Below, in pieces: positions 1-9,784 of a stretch of 64,000 nt of DNA. Made by a program: the position numbers and the translations under genes. The stretch is from Polyangiaceae bacterium (lineage in GTDB: Bacteria; Myxococcota_A; Polyangia; Polyangiales; Polyangiaceae). Where the stretch lies: assembly GCA_044222475.1 (NCBI GenBank), contig JBGANF010000017.1, forward strand, positions 1-64,000, written 5' to 3'. The notes under the pieces were generated by a model, which saw only the letters and a list, made by a program, of their open reading frames with translations, was not told where the DNA came from and searched no databases. Each line of letters opens with the position of its first letter. Position 1 is the first letter of the stretch.

Positions 1-593
1 TGCACGACCGCCGTCGAAGCGCCGCTCTTGTAGGGAAGCGCCTTGTGGCCGTTGATGCCTTTGCGCCACTCGTTGCGGTGCTCGTACCGCTCGGTGCCGT
101 GACCCACCGGCGCGTTGTTCGCGTAGGTGATGTGATCGTGGGGGTTGATGAGACCCGGCGAGATGACGCCGTCGGCGCACTCGACCACGGTCGCGTCGGC
201 GTAGTTCGCCGAAGCGGAGCAGTCGCAGCTCGTGCACGCGATGATGCCCTTGTCGTCGACGAGGACCTCGCCGCGGTGGAGGACCTCGTTCGGAGCCAGG
301 ATGATCCCCCGGAGGATCACGCCCTTCGTCCCCGCTTTCACCGTGCAGAGCCCGCTGGACGGCGGCGTCAGCGCCGGTCGGCTGCACTCGGTCACCTTCG
401 GCGGCGGATTCTTGGGCAGCGTTCCGTCGGGGACCACGCTCCCGTCGTTTCCGTCGACCACCGCATCGACGCCGGCGTCGTTGCCTGGCGGCGTGATGGC
501 CGGATCGTCGGAGCACGCGGTCGCGAAGGCGAAGGCTGCCACCGGGACGACGATGACGGAGAGAAAAGGGAAGGAGCGGGGGCGGGCGCGCAT
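1..593 (-). CDS. Amidohydrolase-family lipoprotein, N-terminal part (runs off the window edge)
   Basis: Own translation from ATG at 593: MRARPRSFPFLSVIVVPVAAFAFATAC (lipobox) ... VISPGLINPHDHITY (amidohydrolase HxH motif). Not in the ORF track because it is truncated. Confidence 0.75.
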   Translation of the reverse strand, partial: MRARPRSFPFLSVIVVPVAAFAFATACSDDPAITPPGNDAGVDAVVDGNDGSVVPDGTLPKNPPPKVTECSRPALTPPSSGLCTVKAGTKGVILRGIILAPNEVLHRGEVLVDDKGIIACTSCDCSASANYADATVVECADGVISPGLINPHDHITYANNAPVGHGTERYEHRNEWRKGINGHKALPYKSGASTAVV

Positions 594-731
594 GGCGGCG
601 CATTATGCATGTCCATGCCTGGCGCGCCACGGCAGCTGACTCGATTTCGCCCTAATTTCTCCGAGCGATCAGAGGAAAAATTGATCCACCACTCGCCCGC
701 GCAGGGCGAACGCTGTTATCATGAGTGGTCC

Positions 732-1430
732 ATGGCATCGGACAATCAACGACGACCGACGCAGAAGCTTGGGAAAGTACGTCGGGATCCTCGGGCGGAC
801 TCGATCCCTCCCGCGGTCATCGAAGAACGCGTGGCGGAGCGCACCACCTCGGGGCGACCGGTGCCCAAGGTGTCGGCTCCGGTCCCCGCCCGCCACTCGG
901 GTCCCCACACGGTGGCTTCGCTCGAGGCGATGCTCGCCAAGGAGCGCGCCGAGCGTGCTGCCGAAGCGGGGGAGATCGGCGAGCTCCTCGCTCGCGCGAC
1001 TCGCGCCGAGGCGCGCGTGCGACAGCTCGAAGAGCTCATCGCGAAGCTCCTCGACGAGCGAGCCAAGCTCGAGGTCGAGGTCAGCGGTCAGCGTCACTCG
1101 GCGGCAGCGCAGCTCCTCGAGCGCCGCGCCACGCTCGAAAAGCTGGCGGGTCGCAGCCCGAGCGGCAGCAAGTTCCCGGGCGCATCACTCGACGGCGTGC
1201 GCACGCTCGCGACCGAGCTCCTTCGTGAGCTCCAAGCGATCGAAGCGGACGGCGTGCAGACGCCGCGCATCTCGAGCCCACCCGAGTCGCGCCGGCGGAC
1301 CCCGCTGAGCGGCACGCTTCCGCCCAAGGGCAGCAAATCGTCCATCCCCGAGACGCTGCCGCCGCGGTCGCGACAAGATCCACCGTCGTCCCGCCGCAAC
1401 GACACGCCGCCGCCGCGTTCGCGGAGCTGA
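732..1430 (+). CDS. Hypothetical protein with central coiled coil and Pro/Ser-rich ends
   Basis: MASDNQRR... within ORF 45..1430; heptad-like LEAMLAKERAE...VRQLEELIAKLLDE; stop overlaps the next ATG (TGATG). Confidence 0.65.
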   Translation: MASDNQRRPTQKLGKVRRDPRADSIPPAVIEERVAERTTSGRPVPKVSAPVPARHSGPHTVASLEAMLAKERAERAAEAGEIGELLARATRAEARVRQLEELIAKLLDERAKLEVEVSGQRHSAAAQLLERRATLEKLAGRSPSGSKFPGASLDGVRTLATELLRELQAIEADGVQTPRISSPPESRRRTPLSGTLPPKGSKSSIPETLPPRSRQDPPSSRRNDTPPPRSRS

Positions 1431-2974
1431 TGCCCGCGTCGCGCAGCACCGGCGGGGCTCGTTCGCGTAACCCCTTCGAGGCTCTCGTACGCCAGCGTCT
1501 CGCCGACGAGGTCGGCGCGATCCGGAAGCAAGCCCCATTCACCGTCGCGCTCGCGTATCCGTCGCCGTACGGCGCCGGGATGAGCTCGCTCGGGTTCCAG
1601 CGCATCTACCGCGCGATTCAAGAGGCGCCGGGCCTCGCGTGCGAGCGCGCGTTCCTCGACGACGAAGCGGAGAAGACGCTCTCGGCGCAGAGCCGACCGC
1701 GAACGTACGAGTCGCTCCGGCCGATCGACGAGCTCGCCGTCGTCGCGTTCAGCGTCGCCTACGAGATCGAGATCGGCGGCGTCGTCGCCATGCTCGACGC
1801 GGCGCGCATCCCGCTCTTCCGCGAGGAGCGTGGAGACGAAGACCCGTTCTTGTTGTTCGGCGGACCGCTCACGTTCTCCAACCCGCTCCCGCTCGCGCCG
1901 TTCGCCGACGCGATCATCGTCGGCGAAGCGGAAGAGCTGGTGATCGACGTGCTCCGCGTGCTCGAGAACACGAAGAAGCGCGTCGATCGCTTGGCCGCGC
2001 TCGCGAAGATTCCGCACGTGTTCGTGCCGGAGCACCACGGCGAGGTGCTCCCGATCGTCGCCAAGGCCCCCGACGAGATGATCCCCGCGTGGGCTCCGAT
2101 TCGGACGCCCCACGCGGTCCTCCGCGACATGTTCCTGGTCGAGACCGAGCGCGGTTGCTCCCGCATGTGCACGTACTGCGTGATGCGACGCTCGACGAAC
2201 GGCGGGATGCGCCTCGCGCCGATGGAAACGATCCTCGGTTTGGTCCCGCCCGACGCCAAGCGCGTCGGGCTGGTCGGCGCGGCGGTGAGCGATCACCCGA
2301 AGATCGTCTCGATCGTGAACGCGCTCGCCGAATCGGGGCGCGAGGTCGGGTTGTCGTCACTCCGCCCCGATCGCTTGAGCGACGAGTTCGTCGCTGCCCT
2401 CAAGCGCGCGGGGACCAAGACGTTGACGACGGCGATGGATGGGCCGTCCGAGCGGCTCCGCGCTTCGCTGGAGCGGAAGGCGAAAGAGAAGCACCTGGTT
2501 CGCTGCGCCGAGCGAGCGCGAGCGACCGGCATGGAGCGCCTCAAGCTCTACTTGATGGTCGGCCTCCCCACCGAGACCGACGACGACATCGACGAGTGCG
2601 TGCGCTTCGCCACCGAGCTCTCGAAGATCGTTCCGGTGTCGCTCGGCATCGCGCCGTTCTGCGCCAAGCGCAACACGCCGCTCGACGGTCACGCGTTCGC
2701 CGGCATCGACGTCGTCGACGCGCGACTCGATCGGTTGCGGCGCGGCCTCAAAGGCCGAGCCGACGTGCGATCGACGAGCGCGAAGTGGGCATGGGTCGAA
2801 TACGTGCTAGCCCAAGGGGGTGCGGCAGAAGGTCGTGCCGCCGCGGTTGCGGCGCGGGCGGGTGGTGGTTTTGCAGCTTACAAACGGGCCTTCACTGAGC
2901 TAGAACGCGACGCGATTCGGCAGGGAGCGGGCGGGACGAAACCGAAGCGCAGCCTGGCGATTGCACCGGTTTGA
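1430..2974 (+). CDS. Radical SAM protein with B12-binding-like N-terminal domain
   Basis: ETERGCSRMCTYC (CxxxCxxC); N-terminal YPSPYGAGMSSLG and GGP; LKLYLMVGLPTETDDD. Confidence 0.85.
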   Translation: MPASRSTGGARSRNPFEALVRQRLADEVGAIRKQAPFTVALAYPSPYGAGMSSLGFQRIYRAIQEAPGLACERAFLDDEAEKTLSAQSRPRTYESLRPIDELAVVAFSVAYEIEIGGVVAMLDAARIPLFREERGDEDPFLLFGGPLTFSNPLPLAPFADAIIVGEAEELVIDVLRVLENTKKRVDRLAALAKIPHVFVPEHHGEVLPIVAKAPDEMIPAWAPIRTPHAVLRDMFLVETERGCSRMCTYCVMRRSTNGGMRLAPMETILGLVPPDAKRVGLVGAAVSDHPKIVSIVNALAESGREVGLSSLRPDRLSDEFVAALKRAGTKTLTTAMDGPSERLRASLERKAKEKHLVRCAERARATGMERLKLYLMVGLPTETDDDIDECVRFATELSKIVPVSLGIAPFCAKRNTPLDGHAFAGIDVVDARLDRLRRGLKGRADVRSTSAKWAWVEYVLAQGGAAEGRAAAVAARAGGGFAAYKRAFTELERDAIRQGAGGTKPKRSLAIAPV

Positions 2975-2989
2975 AGGGGGAGAGGCGAC

Positions 2990-3418
2990 ATGTTGGACGA
3001 CGAACGCTTGGTTCTCGAGCAAAACGAGGCTTTCTACGCCGCCTTCAACGCGCGCGATGCCGCCGCGATGGCGGAGCTCTGGTCGGAAGAGGCGCCGTGC
3101 GCGTGCCTCCACCCGAGCACGCCGCCGATTCACGGCCGCGCGGCGGTCCTCCGTTCGTGGAGCCAAATCCTCGGTAGCCCGAACGCACCGCTGGTCGCGT
3201 GCGAGCGGACCGAGATTCGCCGGTACGGCAGCACGGCGATCGTCGCGTGCTACGAGCGCGTAGGCGAGCGTCGCTCCGAGAAGCGAACCATCGCCGTCCT
3301 CGCGGCGACCAACGTCTTCGTGCTCGAGCGCGGCCGATGGCGCCTCGTGCACCACCACGCCTCGCCGATCGCGACCGAGATGCCCGAGGTCACGCTCGAC
3401 GCGCGCGTTTTGAACTAG
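2990..3418 (+). CDS. SnoaL/NTF2-like protein
   Basis: NEAFYAAFNARDAAAMAELW...ATNVF...WRLVHHHAS; RBS-like GGAGAGG upstream. Confidence 0.85.
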   Translation: MLDDERLVLEQNEAFYAAFNARDAAAMAELWSEEAPCACLHPSTPPIHGRAAVLRSWSQILGSPNAPLVACERTEIRRYGSTAIVACYERVGERRSEKRTIAVLAATNVFVLERGRWRLVHHHASPIATEMPEVTLDARVLN

Positions 3419-3447
3419 CACCCCAAACCCGCTATGGTCGTCGCCCG

Positions 3448-4140
3448 ATGGCGACAGGCGCGGAGAGAGAGCAGAGCCCGGTCACGCTGGTGGCGTACCT
3501 CGTGTTCGTCCTCGCCGCTTCGGCGATCGTCTACAGCTTCGTGTCGGTCGCCCGTGAAGGAGAGACGCGCCGACGGTGCACGCCGGTCTGCCTGCTCAAG
3601 CCCGAGTACGCCGGCGCGAACCGGCGCGCACCGGACTTCACGCTCAAGGACCTCGAGGGCAAGGACGTCTCGCTCTCGAGCTTCAGCGGCAAGGTCGTGT
3701 TCCTCAACTTCTGGGCGTCGTGGTGCGGCCCTTGTCTGAAGGAGATGCCCGCCCTCGCGACGATGACGCGCATCCTTGCGGACCGGAAAGACGTCGTCGT
3801 CGTCACGGTCTCCGCCGACGACGCCGTGAACGACGCGGTCGTCGCGCTCAAGAGCACGCTCCAGGAAGAGCGCCCGTTCGTCACCCTCTTCGACCCCGGG
3901 GGGAAGGCGATCGCGGCGGGCAAGTACGGCACGAACCAGTTCCCCGAGAGCTACCTCATCGACAAGCACGGCGTCATTCGCGCGCGCTTCGACGGCGGCC
4001 GCGATTGGAGCGACGCGACCGTGATCGAGTTCATCGATCAGCTTCGGAGCGACGGCTACTGCCCCATCGAGATCACCGAGGGCGGCAAGGTCCGAAACGG
4101 CGAAGCGGCGAAGCTCTGCGAGGATCCCACCGGCGGGTAG
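3448..4140 (+). CDS. TlpA/ResA-like thiol-disulfide oxidoreductase, membrane anchored
   Basis: N-terminal TM helix; APDFTLKDLEG; LNFWASWCGPC; FPESYLID. Confidence 0.9.
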   Translation: MATGAEREQSPVTLVAYLVFVLAASAIVYSFVSVAREGETRRRCTPVCLLKPEYAGANRRAPDFTLKDLEGKDVSLSSFSGKVVFLNFWASWCGPCLKEMPALATMTRILADRKDVVVVTVSADDAVNDAVVALKSTLQEERPFVTLFDPGGKAIAAGKYGTNQFPESYLIDKHGVIRARFDGGRDWSDATVIEFIDQLRSDGYCPIEITEGGKVRNGEAAKLCEDPTGG

Positions 4141-4158
4141 TTGGGCTATCCTGGCCCC

Positions 4159-5079
4159 ATGCGTCGACTTGCCCTCTTTGCCACGGCCGTCCTCGTCTCC
4201 ACCGCTTCGGTCGGTTGCGTCGGAGGCATCCTCATCGTCGACAACGACGCGTCGATCAGCGACGCGAGCGTGAACGACACCGGCACGAGCGACGTCGCAA
4301 AGAAGGACGGCGCCGCGGACGGCGGCGTGGAGGCCGGCAAGTGCGGCGCGCAGACCGAGTGCGACGGCGGTTGCGTCGACACCGCGAACGATCCGAAGAA
4401 CTGCGGCGGCTGCGGGACCACGTGCGACACCGGCGACGCCGGCGCGCCGCCCGACGGCGGAACGATCACCGCGATCTGCACTGCGGGCAAATGTGGTCTG
4501 CAGTGCGGCGGCATCCTCACGCTCTGCCAAGGCAGCTGCGTCGACACCTCGAGCGACCCGAAGAACTGCGGCGGTTGCGGCACCGTCTGCGACGCGGGCA
4601 GCTGCTCGAACAAGATCTGTCAGACCCAGGTCCTGGCGAAGATCGGGCAGACGGTCGACCTCGGCTCCTCGAGCAGTCACTCGCCGAACTACCTTCTCGG
4701 CACGACGATCACCGTGACCAAGCCTTCGAAGATTCAGTCGTTCGGCGTGCTCTCGAAGAGCTCCGGGCCGCAGGTGATCATGGCGCTCTACACCGACAGC
4801 GCCGGCAATCCGGGGTCGCTCGTCGCTCAGAGCAACGCCGTCGCGCTCAACAACTCGAGCCAGGAGTTCCCGTCGACCACTCAGCCGACCATCCCCGCGG
4901 GGACGTACTGGCTCGTGGGCGAGTACAACACCTCGGCGTCGATCGGGTACACGGCATCCTCCGGCGCCACGGTGAAGTACATCAGCCACACGTTCGGGAC
5001 GGCTCTCCCGGCGAACTTCGGTGCACCGCAGACGTACACCGGCCAGCAGTTCAACTACTGGGTCGTCGTCCTTCAATAA
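4159..5079 (+). CDS. Cys-rich lipoprotein with two STIG1-like repeats and a C-terminal beta domain
   Basis: Lipobox SVGC; repeats CVDTANDPKNCGGCGTTC and CVDTSSDPKNCGGCGTVC. Confidence 0.75.
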   Translation: MRRLALFATAVLVSTASVGCVGGILIVDNDASISDASVNDTGTSDVAKKDGAADGGVEAGKCGAQTECDGGCVDTANDPKNCGGCGTTCDTGDAGAPPDGGTITAICTAGKCGLQCGGILTLCQGSCVDTSSDPKNCGGCGTVCDAGSCSNKICQTQVLAKIGQTVDLGSSSSHSPNYLLGTTITVTKPSKIQSFGVLSKSSGPQVIMALYTDSAGNPGSLVAQSNAVALNNSSQEFPSTTQPTIPAGTYWLVGEYNTSASIGYTASSGATVKYISHTFGTALPANFGAPQTYTGQQFNYWVVVLQ

Positions 5080-5130
5080 GTACGCCGTCGGAAGTTGGCC
5101 GCCGTCGCGGCCGATTCGTACGATCCACCC

Positions 5131-6138
5131 GTGCAGAAGGGTGTCCTGGTTTTCGCGATGGCGCTCGCCGTCGGGAGCTACTTCGGCGTCGGTGCGCCGA
5201 AGGGCATCCTTCGCGCACCGTGGAGCCCCGCACCTTCCGCCATGCCGTCGGACGTGCACGTCACTCCGGCTCCGACGCCAGCGGCGGGCTTCGACGCTGC
5301 CGCGCTCCCCGATCCCGACGGATTCCCGCACCTCAACCCGACGGCGAGCAAGCCCAAGGGCTGGCTCCTCGCCGAGGGACCGGCGCCGGTCGACGGCCAG
5401 CGCTTCGTCACGCTCACCTTCGACGACGGCCCCGGTGCCGAGTCGACGCCGCTCGTCCTCGACCTGTTGGCGAAGCACCACGTGCGCGCGACGTTCTTCT
5501 TCATCGGCAAGTACCTCGATGGGACGACGAAGCGCGCGCAGGGGGCGCGGTCGGCAGCCCTTGCGGTGAAGGCCGCCGGGCACCTCATCGGAAGCCACAC
5601 CCACGACCACGTGTTTCTGCCGAACCTCTCGCGGAAGAAGGAAGCGGCGCAGATCGACGAGGGCAGCGCATCGATTGAGCGCGTGCTCGGAGTGAAGCCC
5701 ACGCTGTTCCGCCCGCCGTACGGAGGCCTCGACGCCGCGGGCGAGGACCTGCTCCGTGAACGGAAGCTCGACCTCGTGATGTGGAGCATCGAGGTCGGCG
5801 ACATGCAGAACGCCGACGAAGAAGCGATGCTCGCGGGGCTCATCGAGCAGATCGACTACGCGGGTGGCGGGACGATCCTGCTGCACGACATCAAGAAGTC
5901 TTCGGTGCGGGTCCTCGGTCGCCTCTTGGTGTGGCTCGACGCGCACCGATGGGATGCCGAACACCCCGATCGCATCGGCTACACCGTCGTCGATCTCCCG
6001 CAGTTCCTGCGAGCCACCGAAGCGCACCCGCAGCCGTTCGCCGACCGCAAGTCCCTCGAGGATGCGCGCGCCGCGGAGTGGCGCAAGACCCACGCGGTCA
6101 CCAAGCTACCGGCGCTGCTCGACGAAACGACGTTCTGA
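5131..6138 (+). CDS. Polysaccharide deacetylase (CE4/NodB), secreted or anchored
   Basis: TFDDGP, HTHDH, FRPPYG and ILLHD motifs; hydrophobic N-terminus. Start could be 5095. Confidence 0.9.
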   Translation: MQKGVLVFAMALAVGSYFGVGAPKGILRAPWSPAPSAMPSDVHVTPAPTPAAGFDAAALPDPDGFPHLNPTASKPKGWLLAEGPAPVDGQRFVTLTFDDGPGAESTPLVLDLLAKHHVRATFFFIGKYLDGTTKRAQGARSAALAVKAAGHLIGSHTHDHVFLPNLSRKKEAAQIDEGSASIERVLGVKPTLFRPPYGGLDAAGEDLLRERKLDLVMWSIEVGDMQNADEEAMLAGLIEQIDYAGGGTILLHDIKKSSVRVLGRLLVWLDAHRWDAEHPDRIGYTVVDLPQFLRATEAHPQPFADRKSLEDARAAEWRKTHAVTKLPALLDETTF

Positions 6139-6141
6139 TGG

Positions 6142-6921
6142 TCAGCGAAACGCGCGGTTGAGCGCGACCTCGGTGCCGTGGTCGTTGACGAAGACGTCGC
6201 TCTTCACGTCGCCGAACCCGGCGCGGGCGAGGGCCTGCGTCATCGCGTGCCAGTCCCAGGCGTAGATCCGCCGCATCACGAGGCTCTCGAGCCGTTTCTC
6301 CTCGGCGCGCTTCGTCACGTAGAGGAGGTGCTCGTCGATGTGGTCGTCCGCGTGCTCACGAACGACGACGTGGGTCACCTCGGCGTCTCCGTCGGGGTGG
6401 ATCCACGCGAGCTCGTGCCGCGCGAGGTGCGTCTTGTCCCAGTCGAGGACGTGGCGTCCGGCTCGCTCCGCCGGGAGTCTGGCGTCGGCGAAGAAGAAGA
6501 CGAGCGCACCGCCCGGTACGAGCGCGTCCCGCGTGCCCACGAGCGCGCGGTGCATGTCGTCGGCGCTCTCGATCCAGTGGATGGCGTCGTTGAAGACGAG
6601 ATCGAATCGACATCCCAAAGTGGTACCGAGAGACTCCCAGCGAGCGTCGTGAACCGGTACGTCGAGCTTGGCCGCCGCGAGTGCGGCCTTGGTGGCTTCG
6701 CGGGCGACCGCGCTGGCGTCGGAGGCCTCGGTGACGAACCCGAGCTCGGCGAGGTTCACCGTGTGATCGCCGAGCCCCGCGGTCGCGTCGAGGACGCGCA
6801 CGGTGCCGGGGTGCAGGTCGCGCAAGGCGCGCTGGCTCGCGCGCTTCCATCGGCGGAAGTCGACCGGATCGTGACGCCGATGGAGCAGCTGGTAGCGAAA
6901 GTACGTGTCCCAGTCGATCAC
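6142..6921 (-). CDS. Class I SAM-dependent methyltransferase
   Basis: VLDATAGLG motif I; FDLVF; LVPGGALV. Confidence 0.85.
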   Translation of the reverse strand: MIDWDTYFRYQLLHRRHDPVDFRRWKRASQRALRDLHPGTVRVLDATAGLGDHTVNLAELGFVTEASDASAVAREATKAALAAAKLDVPVHDARWESLGTTLGCRFDLVFNDAIHWIESADDMHRALVGTRDALVPGGALVFFFADARLPAERAGRHVLDWDKTHLARHELAWIHPDGDAEVTHVVVREHADDHIDEHLLYVTKRAEEKRLESLVMRRIYAWDWHAMTQALARAGFGDVKSDVFVNDHGTEVALNRAFR

Positions 6922-7892
6922 GTGTCGAATCCGGTGGCAGGTCGCGCCTCGATCGCGTCGCGCACGTAGCGCCCCACCTGGGTCAGCTTGGGCCGCTTCT
7001 CGCTCGTGTCGACGAGGTCACCGGCGAGCTTCCAGAGGAACACCGCTTGGTAGTCGCCTTTGTCCGCGTTGTAGAGGAAGTTCACGAGTGCGTTCTCGTC
7101 GCGACCGGGCTCCTTCGGGATCCCGCACTCACCGGCGATGATCGGGATCGTCGCGATCGCGGGATCGCCGACGAGATCCTCGAGCGCTGCGCGCGGCGGG
7201 AGACCGCCTCCGACGTGGTAGACGTGCAGGTCGAGCGCGTCGAGCGTCGCGCCCGCTCGCCAGAGCTTCGGCAGGAAGTGGCGCGTCGTCCCCGACGTCA
7301 CGAGGAGATGGCCGCGCTCGGCTCGGATCGCGTCCCGCGCGCGTGCGATGACCCCACCGATGGTCTCCCACTCGATGAACGGTGGCGCGTGGTCGCGCTT
7401 CACGTCGGCACAATCGACCGTCACGGTCTCGGGCTCGTTGATGACGTCGACCCCGATGGCGATCGCCTCGTCGACGACGCGAGCGATGGGGGCCGCGACG
7501 TGCTCGGCGAAGCGCGCCGCCTGGTCGGCGTCGGCGAGGATCGAGTGGGTGAGCATGTCTCCGTCCCGCATGGGGCCGTTCGCGTCGAGCAGGGTCCAGT
7601 AGATGCGCACCCCCGAGATCGCCGCGCCGGCTTGAACGCCCTTGATCGCGTCGAGGAGCTCCGGCTTGACGCCGGTGACGCGGCCCTTGGCGTCGACGTC
7701 GATCCCTTCGCCGCCTTCGCACAACCAGATCCGCACGGCCTCGAGGTTCATCGAGCGCGCGAGGACGAGCGCTTCGTGGGCACGCCCGAGGTCGAAGTCG
7801 CACGGCCAGCCTTCGAGGCGCGCGTTCTTCGCCATGTCGTGGGCGTACGAGTCGCCGAAGTACGGCAGATTCACGCCGAGGAGGGAGCGCAT
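6918..7892 (-). CDS. Clan GH-A (GH5-like) glycoside hydrolase, no signal peptide
   Basis: GVNLPY, AVRIW, DVINEPE (acid/base), DLHVY, IIAGECG (nucleophile). Confidence 0.75.
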   Translation of the reverse strand: MRSLLGVNLPYFGDSYAHDMAKNARLEGWPCDFDLGRAHEALVLARSMNLEAVRIWLCEGGEGIDVDAKGRVTGVKPELLDAIKGVQAGAAISGVRIYWTLLDANGPMRDGDMLTHSILADADQAARFAEHVAAPIARVVDEAIAIGVDVINEPETVTVDCADVKRDHAPPFIEWETIGGVIARARDAIRAERGHLLVTSGTTRHFLPKLWRAGATLDALDLHVYHVGGGLPPRAALEDLVGDPAIATIPIIAGECGIPKEPGRDENALVNFLYNADKGDYQAVFLWKLAGDLVDTSEKRPKLTQVGRYVRDAIEARPATGFDT

Positions 7893-7939
7893 GGAGCTTT
7901 GGTAGCAGGGGCTCCCCGGCGTGTACACTGCTCCACCGG

Positions 7940-9784
7940 ATGCGCCCGCGCAGTCTCCCCGCTCAAGTTGCGCTGTTGTTCCGCAACTTGCGCTCGGCGC
8001 TCGGGCTCGCGCTCGGGGTGAATCGGCCGCTCGTCGTCGTGTACCTGGCGTTCGGACTCTTCGACGCGTTGCTTCCGGTCGGGATGGCGTGGGTCGGAAA
8101 GCAAATCGTCGATGCGGTCGTCGTCCTCGTGGCGAACGGCGGGCAGCACGATCCGGCGCAGGCGGTGAGGTGGGTCGTCGTCGAGGGCGTGCTCGCGGTC
8201 GCGCTCCACGCGAACTCGCAGGCGCTCGGCTGGGCGGGCGAGATCCTTCGCCTGCGGATGGCGCTCCACATCGAGATGCTCGTCGCGGAGAAGGCGCAGC
8301 GGCTCAGCGTGTCGCACTTCGAAGATCCCAAGTTCATGGACATGCTCGAGCGCGCGCGGAAGGACGCGACGTGGCGCCCGATCGAGATGATCGCGCACGG
8401 CGTCGCGTTGACGAGGCACGCGATCACGCTCGCCGGCTTCGCGGTCCTCCTCGGCGGCCTCGGCGGTCTCGCCTTGATCGCGCTCGCGTCCGCGGCGTTC
8501 CCGTTCCTCGCCGAGGCGCACTACGCGGCCATCGACTACGAGAGGCGCAAGGAGCGCACGAGCGACGAGCGCAAGAGCGGCTACTACCTCTCGGTCCTCA
8601 CGTCGGACTACATGATCAAGGAGGTCAAGCTCTTCGGCTTGGCGGACTTTTTTCGCAAACGCTACCGCGCGATCGCCGAGCGCTTCATCGACGAGGATCG
8701 TTCGTTCACGGTGCGTCGCGGGCGGGCGGTGACGATCCTCGGGATGCTCAGCGGCGTCGTGTTCTACGGCGTGCTCGCGCGGATCGTGATCCTCGCCGCG
8801 TCGTCGGTCGTGACGCTCGGCGCGATGACGATGTACCTCGTCGTGCTCCGTCAAGCGCAGGGCGCGTTTCGAAGCGCGATGAGCGCGCTCGCCAACGTCT
8901 GGTCCGACAGCCTCTACATGGGCAACCTCTTCCAGTACCTCGCGCTCGAGGACGACGACGTCGCATGCACGATCCCGGCGAAGACCGGCGCCGAGCCGCC
9001 GAAGGCGCTCGCGCTCCACTTCGACGGCGTGTCCTTCGCGTACCCGGGCTCGGCGCGCCCCGCGCTCGACGACGTGACGCTCGAGGTCGGCGCGGGCGAG
9101 GTGGTGGCGCTCGTCGGTCCGAACGGCGCCGGGAAGACCACGCTCGTGAAGCTCCTCACCGCGCTCTATCGTCCCACTTCGGGACATGTGCGCGTCGGCG
9201 ACGACGACGTGGCCAAGCTCGACCCCGGGGAGCTCCGAAGCCGCATCGGCGTCGTGTTCCAGGACTTCGTGCACTACCACCTGACCGCGCGCGAGAACGT
9301 AGGCATCGGCTGGGTCCCGGCCATGGACGACGAGCCTTCGGTCGACAAGGCCGCGAAGGACGGCGGCGCGACCGAGGTCGTCGCGTCGCTCCCCAAAGGC
9401 ATGGACACGATGCTGGGCCGATGGTTCGGCGGCGAGCAGCTCTCGATCGGTCAGTGGCAGCGGATCGCGCTCGCGCGAGCGTTCATGCGCAAGAGCGGCG
9501 TGCTCATCCTCGACGAACCGACGGCCAGCATCGACGCCGAGGGCGAGTACGAGATCTTCGAGCGCCTCCAGCGGCTCGCGGAGGGGCGCACGGTGCTCCT
9601 GATCACGCACCGGTTCTCGAGCGTGCGGATGGCCAACCGGATCGTCGTCCTCGACAAGGGGCGCGTCGTCGAGCAGGGGACGCACGACGCGCTGATGGCG
9701 AAGCGCGGGCTCTACGCGAAGATGTTCTCGATGCAGGCGAAGGGGTACCTCGAAGCGGGCGAGCAGACGATGGAGCTCTCGTGA
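7940..9784 (+). CDS. ABC exporter, fused permease and ATPase
   Basis: Multiple TM helices; GPNGAGKT; LSIGQWQRIALARA; LILDEPT; ITHR. Confidence 0.95.
   Translation: MRPRSLPAQVALLFRNLRSALGLALGVNRPLVVVYLAFGLFDALLPVGMAWVGKQIVDAVVVLVANGGQHDPAQAVRWVVVEGVLAVALHANSQALGWAGEILRLRMALHIEMLVAEKAQRLSVSHFEDPKFMDMLERARKDATWRPIEMIAHGVALTRHAITLAGFAVLLGGLGGLALIALASAAFPFLAEAHYAAIDYERRKERTSDERKSGYYLSVLTSDYMIKEVKLFGLADFFRKRYRAIAERFIDEDRSFTVRRGRAVTILGMLSGVVFYGVLARIVILAASSVVTLGAMTMYLVVLRQAQGAFRSAMSALANVWSDSLYMGNLFQYLALEDDDVACTIPAKTGAEPPKALALHFDGVSFAYPGSARPALDDVTLEVGAGEVVALVGPNGAGKTTLVKLLTALYRPTSGHVRVGDDDVAKLDPGELRSRIGVVFQDFVHYHLTARENVGIGWVPAMDDEPSVDKAAKDGGATEVVASLPKGMDTMLGRWFGGEQLSIGQWQRIALARAFMRKSGVLILDEPTASIDAEGEYEIFERLQRLAEGRTVLLITHRFSSVRMANRIVVLDKGRVVEQGTHDALMAKRGLYAKMFSMQAKGYLEAGEQTMELS

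Noticed and set aside
3415..6093. 892-aa minus-strand ORF and similar long shadow ORFs (e.g. 51183..53741, 54433..56871, 23787..26213)
   Set aside because: Antisense or off-frame shadows of well-supported genes, expected in high-GC DNA; no motifs.
7921..9780. N-terminal half of the 1308-aa ORF 7921..11847
   Set aside because: Arg-rich off-frame read-through over the ABC transporter; the real gene starts at GTG 9781.
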